Assembly (NCBI GenBank): GCA_002269645.1
Contig: NIVC01003382.1
Span: 36,420-100,419, forward strand
Direction of reading: 5' to 3'
Source of the DNA: Macrostomum lignano
Taxonomy: Eukaryota
DNA: 64,000 nucleotides
The notes beneath the pieces are model-generated. The model searched no databases, was not told the origin of the DNA, and saw only the letters and a list, made by a program, of their open reading frames with translations. Below, in pieces: positions 23,633-41,800 of the stretch (the stretch's first letter is position 1; each line of letters opens with the position of its first letter). The position numbers and the translations under genes were made by a program.

Positions 23633-24764
23633 TGTCTAAGAATACAAAGTCGGAAGCTAGCACACTAGCTCTATATACACGCGACACTGTACATTGCATG
23701 AATCAATATTTCAACCTGCTTCCCTTGACAATATATATAGTCTGACTTTGGCCAACTTGGGCCTTAAGAGTTTTGTCGTGCCTAAATGTCTCGCTTGTTC
23801 TTACATAACATGGCGTCACAAGCATAAAGTACTTTCCCCCAATAGCCAAGCAAGCTAGCTAATGGAAAGACTGAGGCCTCCAGAGCCGATGGTTTTTGAT
23901 GCCAATTGCGCAGATAACTGGAGAAAATGGAGCAAAGCGATTGACTTCCACATGAAGGCAACCAAGAAGATGGAGGAGAGCAAAGAGGTCAAGATTGCAA
24001 TACTGTTGACTGCGCTCAGATCAGAAGGACAAGACGTGTTCTCCACCTTCCCGACAGCCAAAGTGGCGACATACGCTGGGGTCCTCAATCAATTCAAGAA
24101 TTACTGTGAGCCAATGAGCAACGAGACCTTCAACTGCTACCTGTTCAGAACTAGAGTGCAGAAGGAGTTGGAAGACTTCGATCAGTTTGTTGCCTCTTTG
24201 CGACAGCTCGTGACCAGGTGCAACTACGCGACACCAGCCAATGGCGAGTCAGTCAGCGACAGCGTCATCCGCGACCAGATAGTGATTGAAGTTGGCGACC
24301 CAGTGCTCAAAGAGAGACTACTCCGTGAGTCCAACCTGTTACTCAACCATGCAATTCAGATGGGACGGGCTTCGGAGACGTCAAAGCGACAGGCTAGCGC
24401 TCTGCTGGCAACTCAGAGCAGCCGAGCTCCGCCGTCAATGGTGGATGTTGTCCAAGGTCGACCCCGAGCACCAGCTGGCCCACCAAAACTGCCTTCAGGC
24501 CGCGGCTATGGCTTCTGCGGACTGCAGCACAAGCGGAGCAAATGCCCAGCCTATGGTAGGAAGTGTAACAGCTGTGGCTGTCTGAACCATTTCTCGTCAA
24601 TGTGCCGGTCCTCAAAGAAAGTCAACGAGCTCCAGGAGGACAAGCAGCAGCTGGATGATGCTGACCAAGAGGCAAAACCAGCGACAGAGCTTCCAGTTGA
24701 GAAACTGGAAGCTCAGCGTCTGCACGACTACTCAACAATGATGGTGAATCTCACGGCGAACTAG
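23633..24764 (+). mobile_element. Gypsy-like LTR retrotransposon 5' portion: LTR, PBS and gag ORF (23862-24764)
   Basis: LTR TGT...TAACA (about 23633-23810) followed at once by TGGCGTCAC; gag with NWRKWSKAIDFHM, ETFNCYLFRTRVQKELEDFDQFVASLRQL, IRDQIVIEV...LKERLLRE and tandem Zn-knuckle region FCGLQHKRSKCPAYGRKCNSCGCLNHFSSMC; no pol follows. Confidence 0.85.
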
Positions 24765-26488
24765 TGGCCAATCTAGGCTACTCAGAGTTTGTGTACACAG
24801 CAGCACTTGAGTGGAATGCTTTTGACAATCAAAAGGGCAATAGTCAAAAGGGCAATAGGGTTAGGGCCTATTAGACTTGTAGCGGTATTTATTTATATAT
24901 TTGTACTTGTATGTGTATTTGTTTAAGATATATTTTTTAAAGAATTAAAAAAGCTACTTTTACTATTTTCCAATATGGAATTCTTGCTTGGGGGTAAGAA
25001 AATGCGTGCACACATTTTTGGAGCAGCATGTAAGTGCGCACGCTAGCTATAAAAAAGTCATAATGCAAATCATGATGGGCCCATGCACTAAAAAATGAAA
25101 TTTTTAGTTTTTCAATTCTTATGCCAACATAAATTAGAAAGTTGTACTTTAAGTGTAAAGTAGCTTGAACACTATAATTTTTAAAGAAAATATTCTTTAA
25201 AAATTATAAGAGTTTTACTAAACTTTAAAGTAACTATTTTTGCTAAAAACTATTATTCTTTGTCTTACTTTTGTTTAAAATTTTCTGACATAAAAACAAA
25301 CTTCCAGACTATGAAAAGTAGAACTTGAGTGCGCATAGGCATACACTATATGGCACATAACCATGTTGAATGCATGTAAAAGCAAATCCTGTCTGTGATT
25401 CTGTGGCAAACAGCTTCTTTGCAAGCGCATATGATGAATTGCACACATACCTTCTTTAAGAGTGCGCCAATAGGCTCCTTTTCAGCGAACAAGCGCGCAC
25501 ATATGTGTAACAACTTTTGTGCAAGAATTCTATCTTGGACTAGGCCTATCTTAAGTTTAGCTCATTCCTGATTTAGCAGCAGTCTAAAAGTTCTGGTTCA
25601 ACTAATATAAAACTATGCAATTCTATTTATTGTTGATTTAGGCCTGACGATATATATTATTTTGATGAATAAGGGGAATAGGATAAGCATTTTAACAAAT
25701 ATAAGTCTAATAAATTTTGACTAGGCCTAAGCCTAGCTATACTTACTACTTGCAAATTTTAACCAATACAAGATTCTAATACATGGAACTTGTGATTTCA
25801 ATAAATACACTGTAACTGTTGCCCTTTTGACTATTGTCCTTTTGACTGTTGCCTTTTTGATCTGTTGCCCTTTTGACTGTTGCCTTTTTGATCTGTTGCC
25901 CTTTTGACTTATAGACCAATGAACTAGGGTGTCTAGGCCTAGCCTGTAATTTAGAAAAATTGCTAGGCTTTTTTATGAAAAAAAGAAAACTGCCTACTAA
26001 CAAAAATATATACAACAACAAAGTGCAGTTATCATTTTTTTCTTTACACAGCATAGCTGATCTATCTTTACATTTGTTTTAATATGTGTCAATAGTGGCA
26101 TAGTGCATAGCCATAGGCTAGGGTCTTTTAAGCTGAATTTTCATTTTGCATGTTAAATTGAAATGTCTGACTAAATTGCGGCTTTTGCTGTTGGCTATTT
26201 GGCTGCTGCAAGCATTTAAAAAAACAGAAACCCAGTTTTTAAAAATTATTTTAAGTAGGGGCCTAAAATTTATATTTAATTTGACTGACTTGATTTGGGT
26301 CATAAAACGCATGTAAGAAAACTTCTTTCAAAATGTTTTAGGCGAATATTAATAGTCTTTTCAAAGCTAGGCCTATTCTTTTAATGAATGATAGTTTGTT
26401 GCAGATAGGCCTTAAGTATTTCGCATTTTTTAACAAGCTTACATGGTCACTTTTTAGTTAGTTTGTCACGAACGAACTAGTTAAGCAA

Positions 26489-26868
26489 GGGTCTCCCTAA
26501 AACACGCCCCGCACCGCCCTGCAGCGCTACACATTAAAACAAATTGGACTGTAACTGAAGACACTTTAAAATGCGTTTTCTGTTAAGCTTTAAAGTTTTT
26601 ATTAAATTTAGTTTTTTTACTATGAAATATAAAATTCGGTGAATAATATGTGATATTAATAATAATATTATTAAAATAATAATAATATAATTTAATAATG
26701 AAAACGAGAATATAAAAAATAATAATAATATTGATGATAATAATTAAAGATATTTATTTCGTTACTCTTACAACAAATAGTTTTCTTTGCAATCAAATAC
26801 TGCATTGACAAAAAAAGTTATAATGTGTAGCGGTTCGGGGCGGTGCGGTGCGTGTTTTAGGGAGACCC
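26489..26868. mobile_element. MULE/Mutator-like MITE (380 bp)
   Basis: About 50-bp TIR GGGTCTCCCTAAAACACGC...GCTACACATTA; perfect 9-bp TSD GTTAAGCAA (26480-26488, 26869-26877); AT-rich interior. Confidence 0.9.
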
Positions 26869-28487
26869 GTTAAGCAAACTTCTTGTAAAGAATAATTAAA
26901 ATATTAACAAAAAATCTACAAAAAGTTACTTAATCAGAGTTTAGATCAGGTTTAGATTAGTAGCACTTAAAACTAACTTATTTAGAAAATTTACACTTTT
27001 TGTCATTTTTTCATCTAAATGCTTTTAGTCGATCTTGACCGAGTAAACGTACCTAAGTTTTATCCACAGCCTGCTGTTCATTAAACTGTCTAGATTACAA
27101 TATAGTATTAACACTTAAGTAGTCTACTTATGTTTATGTCGCCCTTGACTGAAAGTTCATATGTTTCCTGCGACTGTTTCCTGCGACTGTTGCGGAGCTG
27201 CGTCATGCTCTTTGAAAACACTTGGCAGCATGCAGCTTCCCATGCAGGACTTTCTACGCGCCGCCTCATCCTGGGGGATGCGGGATGCCCCGCACAGTCG
27301 CGTGCGAGGGGATCCCGCACGCGTTATTAGGCATCGATTATTCGATCAACTTTCCCTTCCTCTCGCGGGCGGCTTAGTTGCGTAACTTGTGGGTTGAAAT
27401 TGTGAGTGAGAAGTTGTCGCAATGAGAAAATTTTCATCTCGCTTGGAGGGTGGAACTTTTGACTGTTGCTGAGTATAGTAAAGACGTAGCGTTATCACTA
27501 CGAGGCACAACATAAATAAATATGCGTATATTGTATAATACTGATAAAATATACTCAGCAGCAGTCAACTTGTATATGTTTTCTCAACAACATTAAAAAG
27601 TCACCACCTTTGGGAGTGCGCAGTAAATTCTAGCTCATGCAGAACTGACTTTTGAGTGGGACGCAACTTGCGCCACGCGACGCAGAGTTGGGCTGGGCGA
27701 GGAGGGATTGAGAAGAGCGGAGGGCGAAGATTGGATGGATTGAAGCTTCCTCCTGGTTTTCATTGTTTTTTCAAGCATTTTTAATATCAAAATAGACGCA
27801 TGATAGACGCATGGTCAAAAGATCCACTGCTCACTGGGACACTGGGTGGCGACTTTTCAATGTTGCTGAGTATATATACGTACATATTGAGTCACATGCA
27901 TATACACAACCCCGCTGACCATGACAATTTTCAACTGCTTTAGCTATCTGCGCTGTGAAAATGCACTGCTTTGTAGCGCTTGCCAGACGACCTTGACAAA
28001 AAGGCCGCTGTGCTGTGCCACGTACTGTGGCTATTTTTAAAGCAAAATATTCTATCGCTGCATGCTGTATCTTGGGAATGGTGACGCGTCAACTTAAAAT
28101 GATGCGTGCAATTTGGTGTAATGTACATCAGCTCATGCAGATGAGGGGGGGGGGCTATTTGTGAAAGTACGCGCACGAGCTGAGTGTGAGCTGAGAGCTG
28201 AGAGAAGAGATGAGTCAGCAGTTCCCACAGCTAAACTAGTTACCGCTTGCAGTAGTTATGCGAAATTTCTTCGCCTTAGACACAGTCGCCTTAGCTACGT
28301 GTATACATGTACTTAAATACTCATTATGCTTAAGGCAGTGTACATGTAACTATACTATAGACCTGCACAAAAAGTATGAATGCCTGTGTAACACGTGTTA
28401 GCTATCGCTTCCATTGTACATGTATAATCTACTTGAAATATAAAAGTTGAGACTACATGTACGAGCTATGGTGTGAAATGCGCTGTG

Positions 28488-29880
28488 ATGTCAGAGAGGT
28501 TGTGGTGTCAGAGAGGTTGTGGCGTCAGAGACGTGATGTCTGAGACGCTGTTGTGTCAGAGACGTTGTGGTTTCAGAGAGGTTGTGGTATCAAAGAGGTT
28601 GTGGTGTCTGAGACGCTGTTGTGTCAGAGACGTGGTATCAGAGACATTGTGGTGTCTGAGACGTTGTGGTGTCTGAGACGTTGTGGTGTCAGAGAGGTTG
28701 TGGTGTCTGAAACGTTGTGGTGTCCGAGACGTTGTGGTATCAGAGAGGTTGTGGTGTCTGATACGTTGTGGTGTCAGACGTTGTGGTATTAAAGAGGTTG
28801 TGATGTCTGAGACGCTGTGGTGTCAGAGACGCTGTGGTGTCAGAGACGTTATGGTGTCAGAGACGTTGTGGTGTCAGAGAGGTTGTGGTGTCTGAGACGT
28901 TGTAGTGTCTGAGACGTTGTGGTGTCTGAGACGTTGTGGTGTCAGAGAGGTTGTGGTGTCTGAGACGTTGTGGTGTCTGAGACGTTGTGGTATCAGAGAG
29001 GTTGTGGTGTCTGAGACGTTGTGGTGTCAGAGACGTTGTGGTGTCTGAGACGTTGTGGTATCAGAGAGGTTGTGGTGTCTGAGACATTGTGGTGTCTGAG
29101 ACGTTGTGGTGTCTGAGACGCTGTGGTGTCAGAGACGTTGTGGTGTCAGAGAGGTTGTGGTGTCTGAGACGTTGTGGTGTCTGAGACGTTGTGGCGTCAG
29201 AGACGTGATGTCTTAGACACTGTGATGTCAGAGAGGTTGTGGTGTCTGAGACGTTGTGGTGTCTAAGACGTTGTGGTGTCTGAGACGTTGTGGTGTCTGA
29301 GACATTGTGGCGTCAGAGACGTGATGTCTTAGACACTGTGATGTCAGAGAGGTTGTGGTGTCTGAGACGTTGTGGTGTCAGAGACGTTGTGGTGTCTGAG
29401 ACGTTGTGGTGTCTGAGACGTTGTGGTATCAGAGAGGTTGTGGTGTCTGAGACGTTGTGGTGTCAGAGACGTTGTGGTGTCTGAGACGTTGTGGTATCAG
29501 AGAGGTTGTGGTGTCTGAGACATTGTGGTGTCTGAGACGTTGTGGTGTCTGAGACGCTGTGGTGTCAGAGACGTTGTGGTGTCAGAGAGGTTGTGGTGTC
29601 TGAGACGTTGTGGTGTCTGAGACGTTGTGGCGTCAGAGACGTGATGTCTTAGACACTGTGATGTCAGAGAGGTTGTGGTGTCTGAGACGTTGTGGTGTCT
29701 AAGACGTTGTGGTGTCTGAGACGTTGTGGTGTCTGAGACATTGTGGCGTCAGAGACGTGATGTCTTAGACACTGTGATGTCAGAGAGGTTGTGGTGTCTG
29801 AGACGTTGTGGTGTCAGAGACGTTGTGGTGTCTGAGACATTGTGGTGTCAGAGAGATTGAGAGAGGTTTAGGTGTCAGAG
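28488..29880. repeat. 17-bp minisatellite with a 436-bp higher-order duplication, upstream of cwo
   Basis: Unit tctgagacgttgtggtg / tcagagaggttgtggtg; variant marker tcttagacac at 29211, 29327, 29647, 29763 (436-bp offset). Confidence 0.95.
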
Positions 29881-30668
29881 ACGGGTTACATGTAGTGTCA
29901 GGTGCCAAAGAGGCACTTTGGTGTCAGGGAATGTACCTTCAGCAGGTCCTTATTCACACCTATACCCCGCAATTAATACCCCTGACACATGTACTCTCGC
30001 CATGGCTACAAATGCGTACCAATAACAGTTATAATTCGAAGCGAATACTAATTATTAACAAGGCCAAGTTAGCGAAGCACGTTTTTCCTGTTTCTATTGA
30101 ATCATAGAGAAGCAGAACGTGAAAGAGTAATGCAGGGAGAAAAGCACAAATAGACAAAAGAGCCACCTCAATCTAATGCGATTCATCTGGCACAGGGATG
30201 CGGGCGCTTGCCAGGTAATCCAGGATTTGCACCCAGGTTATTCGCTCTTAACCGGGATGTGGTCTGAGTGAATTAAAAAAGGTTAATTTGTTATAACTGC
30301 GTTATAGCTGCTGGGCTATGAAGTTTGTGGGCAGATGCATCCAACCCCTACAATTCGTCTCTCTCTCCCTCGATCGTGCTGCTGCTGAGTCTGACCCCCG
30401 AGGTAGACAATCTTCAGCTCGGGCAGCAGGTTGAGATGAGAAGACGAGGTGAGAGTTGGGTGCAGGGGTGGGCTGACTAGCTAGTAGCAGCTGACAGAGG
30501 CCTCTCTCACCGCACGGGTTCGCATTCGCGTATTTAAACCCACAGAGCCTAAGCAAAAAGCAGATGTTTTATTTGCGTCAACACGCAGACGTTTATTATC
30601 CAACCTTGAACTCGCATTGTCGTGCAAGGACTAGCCTTCTGTTTCAGCGACCGCAGCAACAAGTAAAC

Positions 30669-34400
<3,732 letters not shown>

Positions 34401-34944
34401 GCCGAGTGGCTGAGTGTCCGGCGCCTCTTGGGCCTTGAAGTGTTTGCCTGTACAGCTGCGTGCATTTCGTGTCATCACTAAAAGTGCAGTTGTACTTTAC
34501 GGAAATCTATACACTTGACCAGATTATCAAGCCAGTTAAATTCATCCAGTTTTTTGTTTTACTGCCACTACATGTATTCCAGAATTATAGCAAAAACAGC
34601 GGCGGAAAAGTACATGCACGCTGTCAGTATGAACTCTCATGCATTGATTTTTAAGAGTGCACCCAAAAACGTACACACTCTAATGCTTCCACTCATAACA
34701 TAAACAAAACAGAAAACCTATTTAGAACGAGAGCGTTAGCTGTTCCCATTTCCCAATACTGTCTCCTACCGAGTGCTAAAAGCATGAGCACTTGGTAACT
34801 ACTGACCTTGCTTGCACACGCAACAAGCGAAAAAACTTTTATGTCATTTTTTTAATTCGTCGAACATACGAGACTCGTATTTTATGTGGTGCGATGACTT
34901 TTTCATTTCTTAACTCTCAATTAAATGTCAGTGTAAGTGACACT

Positions 34945-35092
34945 CTGGAGGCTGCTGGCCCAGCAACTGAGGATCTGGGAGGCTGGCCCAGCAACTAAGG
35001 ATCTGGGAGGCTGGCCCAGCAACTGAGGATCTGGGAGGCTGGCCCAGCAACTGAGGATCTGGGAGGCTGGCCCAGCAACTGAGGATCTGGGA
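34945..35092. repeat. 28-bp minisatellite (about 5 copies), same unit as 37118-37311
   Basis: Unit ctgggaggctggcccagcaactgaggat, between the convergent cwo and MBOAT stops. Confidence 0.93.
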
Positions 35093-35871
35093 GAGTTTCG
35101 GCTGCGAAAGAACGGAGCGCAGAGCAAGCAGCAGAAGCCCATATCGGCAGGCAATTGTCAGGATATGATTGCAGCGGTGGCGAAATACTCCGAGGCAAAT
35201 AAAGAGAGATGTCTGCGGAATTTATATTTAACTCCTACAATGCGAAGCCGCTCTGCAAGGCGGCCGAGTGACACTAAAAAAAGAAATCGCACACAAGCTC
35301 AAATCAAAGTTCACACTGTACTCGCAGCAGAATAAAAAAAATCAGCTCGGAAACGGGCAGAATTCATCGCAGACAATTAACTGAGAATCAAAGAACCAAA
35401 ACTGAAGACAACGAAGAAATGAAAGGTGAAGCTCGTGTGAAAAATGAAAACAGTGAGCGAAACGAGCAAAATTAACAAAATAAGATTGATAAGGTTAAAA
35501 GCAATATGTGCAGTTTGTTTTAATGCCTGTGCGGGATTAGGGTTCGCTGATCAATCGGAAATACTAATTAGCAATTAAACATTTCAACTCTTACTGCTAG
35601 CCTGACACGCATTAATTTTATAATTTCAATAAAAAATCTATCGTCAGATTAAAAACAATGACAGAGACAAGAAACAAAAACAATGTTTGTGAATTTTTTT
35701 CAGACAAGGAATACTACGCCCTAAGTAAAAGTAATGTAAGTAGCTTGGGAGCATACTATTCGAACAGAAAGTTGACAATCAACAAAATAGTCGGCATTGA
35801 AAATTAACAGACAGTATAGCAAGTGGATGGGCGCTGTCTTAAATCTACTCCGATCTGCCAGCTACTGTCAA

Positions 35872-38800
35872 CTACTGCGCCACTTCTGCGCGCCTTGGCG
35901 CCTCCGGAGCGGATCGTCTGGAGGAAGAAGCCGGCTTAAGCGTCACGAATCCCAGGTACATCAGGCCGGCGATCACGTGCACGATAAAGTACATTGACCT
36001 GTTTGTTGAATTGGGGTTGGTGCGGCACTGCTGTTGGATAGCCCGTTCACCGATCCCCATGTCACTGGGCAAACCGTTCACCGATCCCCATGTCACAGGG
36101 CACACCGTTCACCGATCTCCCTGTCACTGGGCACACCGTTCACCGATCCCCGTGTCACTGTGCACACCGTTCACCGATCCCCATGTCACAGGGCACACCG
36201 TTCACCGATCTCCCTGTCACTGGGCACACCGTTCACCGATCCCCGTGTCACTGTGCACACCGTTCACCGATCCCCATGTCACTGGGCACACCGTTCACCG
36301 ATCCCCATGTCACTGGGCACACCGTTCACCGATCCCCATGTCACTGGGCACACCGTTCACCGATCCCCATGTCACTGGGCACACCGTTCACCGATCCCCA
36401 TGTCACTGGGCAAACCGTTCACCGATCCCCATGTCACTGGGCAAACCGTTCACCGATCCCCATGTCACTGGGCACACCGTTCACCGATCCCCATGTCACT
36501 GGGCAAACCGTTCATCGATCCCCATGTCACTGGGCACACCGTTCACCGATCCTTATGTCACTGGGCACACCGTTCACCGATCTCCCTGTCACTGGGCACA
36601 CCGTTCACCGATCCCCATGTCACTGTGCACACCGTTCACCGATCCCCATGTCACTGGGCACACCGTTCACCGATCCCAATCACCAGTGTCACCAGACACA
36701 CAGCATTCACCAGTGTTGCAAGCTAGACACACAGAATTCACCAGTGGCACTAGATACACAGAATTCACCAGTGTCACCAGATACACAGAATTCACCCGTG
36801 TCACTAGACACACAGAATTCACCAGTGTCACTAGATACACAGAATTCACCCGTGTCACTAGACACACACAATTCACCAGTGTCACTTACCACCAGAACCT
36901 GAGGCCCTTGTATAGATCCAGCAGAGCGAAAGCCCCGGCACCGTAGTTAAGCGTTGTCAGGCTCGCTAAGCCGGTAACCACATCGTAGGCCAGCTTAGCC
37001 GTCTCAGAACCCTGGAAGTGCGGCCTGAGATGCCGCCGGGCCTGGAAATGTGCAGAAGAGAAAAAATTGAGCTGAAGAATGGATTCGATCGCTACTAAGA
37101 TCTTTAAACTTTTGAGGATTTGGGAGGCCCAGCAACTGAGGATCTGGGAGGCTGGCCCAGCAACTGAGGATCTGGGAGGCTGGCCCAGCAACTGAGGATC
37201 TGGGAGGCTGGCCCAGCAACTGAGGATCTGGGAGGCTGGCCCAGCAACTGAGGATCTGGGAGGCTGGCCCAGCAACTGAGGATCTGGGAGGCTGGCCCAG
37301 CAACTGAGGATCCGAGAGGACCATTGCACAACATCACACCAAAGACCCCACTGACCAGCCGAGCCACAGTGGTGAAGAAGGCCACAGAGATGAACAGCAG
37401 GTAATAGCCTGGATAGAAGCCGTGCCAGGTGGCGGAGGCGATGAACACGGCCAAGGTGGCGTGCTTGCTCGGCACTCTCTCGTAGACGCATTCGCGAAGC
37501 CAGTGCACTGTGCTGATGTTCCAGTTGTCTATGGCCATCTTCATGGAGGTGGACAGCTGCGGGTGGTGACCAGATCCGCTATTTACTAAAGTAAGGTGTT
37601 ACAAAGACATTAATTAGCAAAATAATTTTAACTTTCAAAGCGCACCTCAACTCCGTTAAAGTCGAAATTCTGCACAGTCTTGTACTCGGCCTTGCCCGTG
37701 TCCTTGTTGATGCCGGTGAAGCCGCAGCCAGAGGACAGATAGGACAGCTCGCCTGTAAGGTTGGTTGTGAAACTGCTTGCTAGTGAAATAGGTGGCCCTC
37801 TTTGAACATGTGATTTTCTGTGGTGATTTCCTTGTGATGATTTCTGTGGTGATTTCCTTGTGATGATTTCTGTGGTGATTTCCTTGTGATGATTTCTGTG
37901 GTGATTTCCTTGTGATGATTTCCGTGGTCATTTCCTTGTGATGATTTCTGTGGTCATTTCCTTGTGATGATTTTTGTGGTGATTTCCTTGTGATGATTTT
38001 TGTGGTGATTTCCTTGTGATGATTTCTGTGGTGATTTCCTTGTGATGATTTCCTTGAGATGATTTCTGTAGTGATTTCCTTGTGATGATTTTTGTGGTGA
38101 TTTCCTTGTGATGATTTCTGTGGTGATTTCCTTGTGATGATTTCCTTGAGATGATTTCTGTAGTGATTTCCTTGTGATGATTTCTGTAGTGATTTCCTTG
38201 TGATGATTTCTGTGGTCATTTCCTTGTGATGATTTTTGTGGTGATTTCCTTGTGATGATTTCTGTGGTGATTTCCTTGTGATGATTTTTGTGGTGATTTC
38301 CTTGTGATGATTTCTGTGGTGATTTCCTTGTGATGATTTCCTTGAGATGATTTCTGTAGTGATTTCCTTGTGATGATTTCTGTGGTGATTTCCTTGTGAT
38401 GATTTCTGTGGTGATTTCCTTGTGATGATTTTTGTGGTGATTTCCTTGTGATGATTTCTGTGGTGATTTCCTTGTGATGATTTCTGTGGTGATTTCCTTG
38501 TGATGATTTTTGTGGTGATTTCCTTGTGATGATTTCTGTGGTGATTTCCTTGTGATGATTTCCTTGAGATGATTTCTGTAGTGATTTCCTTGTGATGATT
38601 TTTGTGGTGATTTCCTTGTGATGATTTCTGTGGTGATTTCCTTGTGATGATTTCTGTGGTGATTTCCTTGTGATGATTTCTGTGGTGATTTCCTTGTGAT
38701 GATTTCTGTGGTGATTTCCTTGTGATGATTTCTGTGGTGATTTCCTTGTGATGATTTCTGTGGTGATTTCCTTGTGATGATTTCTGTGGTGATTTCCTTG

Positions 38801-41800
38801 TGATGATTTCCTTGAGATGATTTCTGTAGTGATTTCCTTGTGATGATTTTTGTGGTGATTTCCTTGTGATGATTTTTGTGGTGATTTCCTTGTGATGATT
38901 TCTGTGGTGATTTCCTTGTGATGATTTCCTTGAGATGATTTCTGTAGTGATTTCCTTGTGATGATTTCTGTGGTGATTTCCTTGTGATGATTTCTGTGGT
39001 GATTTCCTTGAGATGATTTCTGTAGTGATTTCCTTGTGATGATTTCTGTGGTGATTTCCTTGAGATGATTTCTGTAGTGATTTCCTTGTGATGATTTCTG
39101 TAGTGATTTTCTTGTGATGATTTCTGTGGTGATTTCCTTGTGATGATCTTTGTGGTGATTTCCTTGAGATTATTTTCTTGATGACTTTTCCGTGGTGATT
39201 TTTCTGTGATAATTTTATTTTGGTGATTTCCTTTGGGGATTATCCTGCGACGATTTCTGGCTCGGAGTAATGCAGATTTTTTGTTTTGCTTTAATTTCTA
39301 TTTTGACCATCAACAATTGATTGCCATGAAGATAAACTCAGCTCACCCAGACTCCAGGCAAAGTAGTAGCGCTGACGAATGACAAAGCAGGCCAAAGTCA
39401 TGTAGAACCACTTGCTAATCAGTGAATAGGACTGGAATCCGTCCTCTGTAAAATTAATGTAATAAAAATTCATAAATAGCAATCAGTCAGTTAATATAAG
39501 GGGCCGGGCTGTGAGCGCTGCCGCAAATCAATGCGACTGTCGAACAGCAGCCAGCGAGCAGACGAGCACGCAATACGTATTGGTACGCAGACACACGCTC
39601 ACACAAGGTGTTCAGCGGCCGCGAGTTCCTCATTGCCAGGTAGTGTTGCACACTGTGACTTTGGGTATCCCCAACCTTCACCATCCCCCCTTCACAATCC
39701 CCACCCTTCACAATCCTCACCCTTCACAATCCCCAACCTTCACAATCCCCAACCCTCACAATCCCTAACCTTCCCAATCCCCACCCTTCACAATCCCCAA
39801 CCTTCACAATCCCCACCCTTCACAATCCCCAACCTTCACAATCCTCATCCTTCACAATCCCAACCTTCACAATCCCCAACCTTCACAATCCCCAACCTTC
39901 ACAATCCCAACCCTTCACAATCCCAACCTTCACCATCCCCAACCTTCACAATCCCCATCCTTTACAATCCCCAAACTTCACCATCCGTAACTTCACCATC
40001 CCTAAGTAGAATAGCTAGGACAGTGCAAGTTTTATTACCGGCTAAAAAGTTCAACGGAAACACGGTCTGCATAGTGAGGGTGACGAGTGCAAAGAATAGT
40101 GTCCACTTGGCTACCACTAGTATGCGAGAGGTGCCGCGAAGGTAGTGCTCGCGCTGCTCCTTCTGCAAATTGAAAGGCAAAAGTACATATATACTTAGCT
40201 GGCTGTAAATAGTTGCTATGGAGGTAATAGCTGATTTGGTAGTTATGCTATATTTACCACGGGTCAATTAAGATTCTAAGAGGGTGATGCAGTTGTCTTG
40301 AGCAATACAGTGGCTAATAAAATTAATAGTGACAGTTGCTGTGGAGTGATATAGTTGTTATGAGGATGCCATTGCCATGATGTGATATGTTTTATGAGAT
40401 AATGCCGTTTGCAATGAGGATAATTTCGTTGCTAGGATGATGCCGTTGCTATGATGATGACGCCGTTGCTATGAGGATGATGTTGTTGCTATGAGAATAA
40501 TGCCGTTGCTATGAGGATAAAACCGTTACTATGATGATGATGCCGTTGCTACGAAGATGATTTTGTTGCTAGGCTGATGCCGTTGCTATGATGATGATAC
40601 CGTTGCTATGAGGATGATGCCGTTGCTATGAGGATGATGCCGTTGCTATGAGAATGATACCGTTGCTATGAGGATGATACCGTTGCTATGAGGATGATAC
40701 CGTTGCTAGGATGATGCCGTTGCTAGGATGATGCCGTTGCTAGGATGATGTCGTTGCTATGAGGATGATGTCGTTGCTATGAGGATGATGTCGTTGCTAT
40801 GAGGATGATGTCGTTGCTATGAGGATGATGTCGTTGCTATGAGGATGATGTCGTTGCTATGAGGATGATGTCGTTGCTATGAGGATGATGTCGTTGCTAT
40901 GAGGACGATGTCGTTGCTATGAGAATGATTTTGTTGCTAATCATTTTGTTGCTAATGCTACTGCTGGTATCACACGTGTTCCAACTGGTCCAAGTCGGAT
41001 AGCCTACCGTCAAATCTGATGGCATCGGTATGGTACCCTCCATGTAGTTCCTGAAGTCGACGTAGAACACAAACGGGCCAACTAATATGCCTTGAAAGTG
41101 CACCAGATAGGTGTAGTACTGCAGCAGGCTTGGGAAGTCCCTGATCGCGAGTCCATGACGCAAAGGGGGGGGGCAATATGAGCACAAAAGAAATTAGTAG
41201 CAGCATGAATAATAATAAATTTATTCGCACCTGACAAAGTGCTGCATCTGCCTTTCGGTCAAATTCGGCTTAACTTTCTCGCTGCTCTTATCCGACTCCT
41301 GCTGCTCCGTTTGATCGTCCGTTTTCTTTTTTCGATCAGCCTCTTCCATTGCCTTCACCACGATGCCGTCGTGAATATTGAAAGCCAGGGTTGACAGTCG
41401 CTGGGTGGAGATCATCAGCGGCCTGGGGTTTCGGGTTGGTCGGCTTGCGATGCCATTTTGTCTGGGAGACTTTTCCGGGGTGGTTGTGTCAGAGAGGGGC
41501 GACTTTTCCGGGGCGGTTGTGTCAGAGAGGGGCGACTTTTCCGGGGTGGTTGTGTCAGAGAGGGGCGACTTTTCCGGGGTGGTTGTGTCAGAGAGGGGCG
41601 ACTTTTCCGGGGCGGTTGTGTCAGAGAGGGGCGACTTTTCCGGGGCGGTTGTGTCAGAGAGGGGCGAATTTTCCGGGGCGATTGTATCAGAGGGGGCGAT
41701 TTTCTGGGGCGGTTGTGTCAGAGGGGGCGATTTTCTGGGGCGGTTGTGTCAGAGGGGCGATTTTCTGGGGCGATTGTGTCAGAGGGAGCGATTTTCTGGT

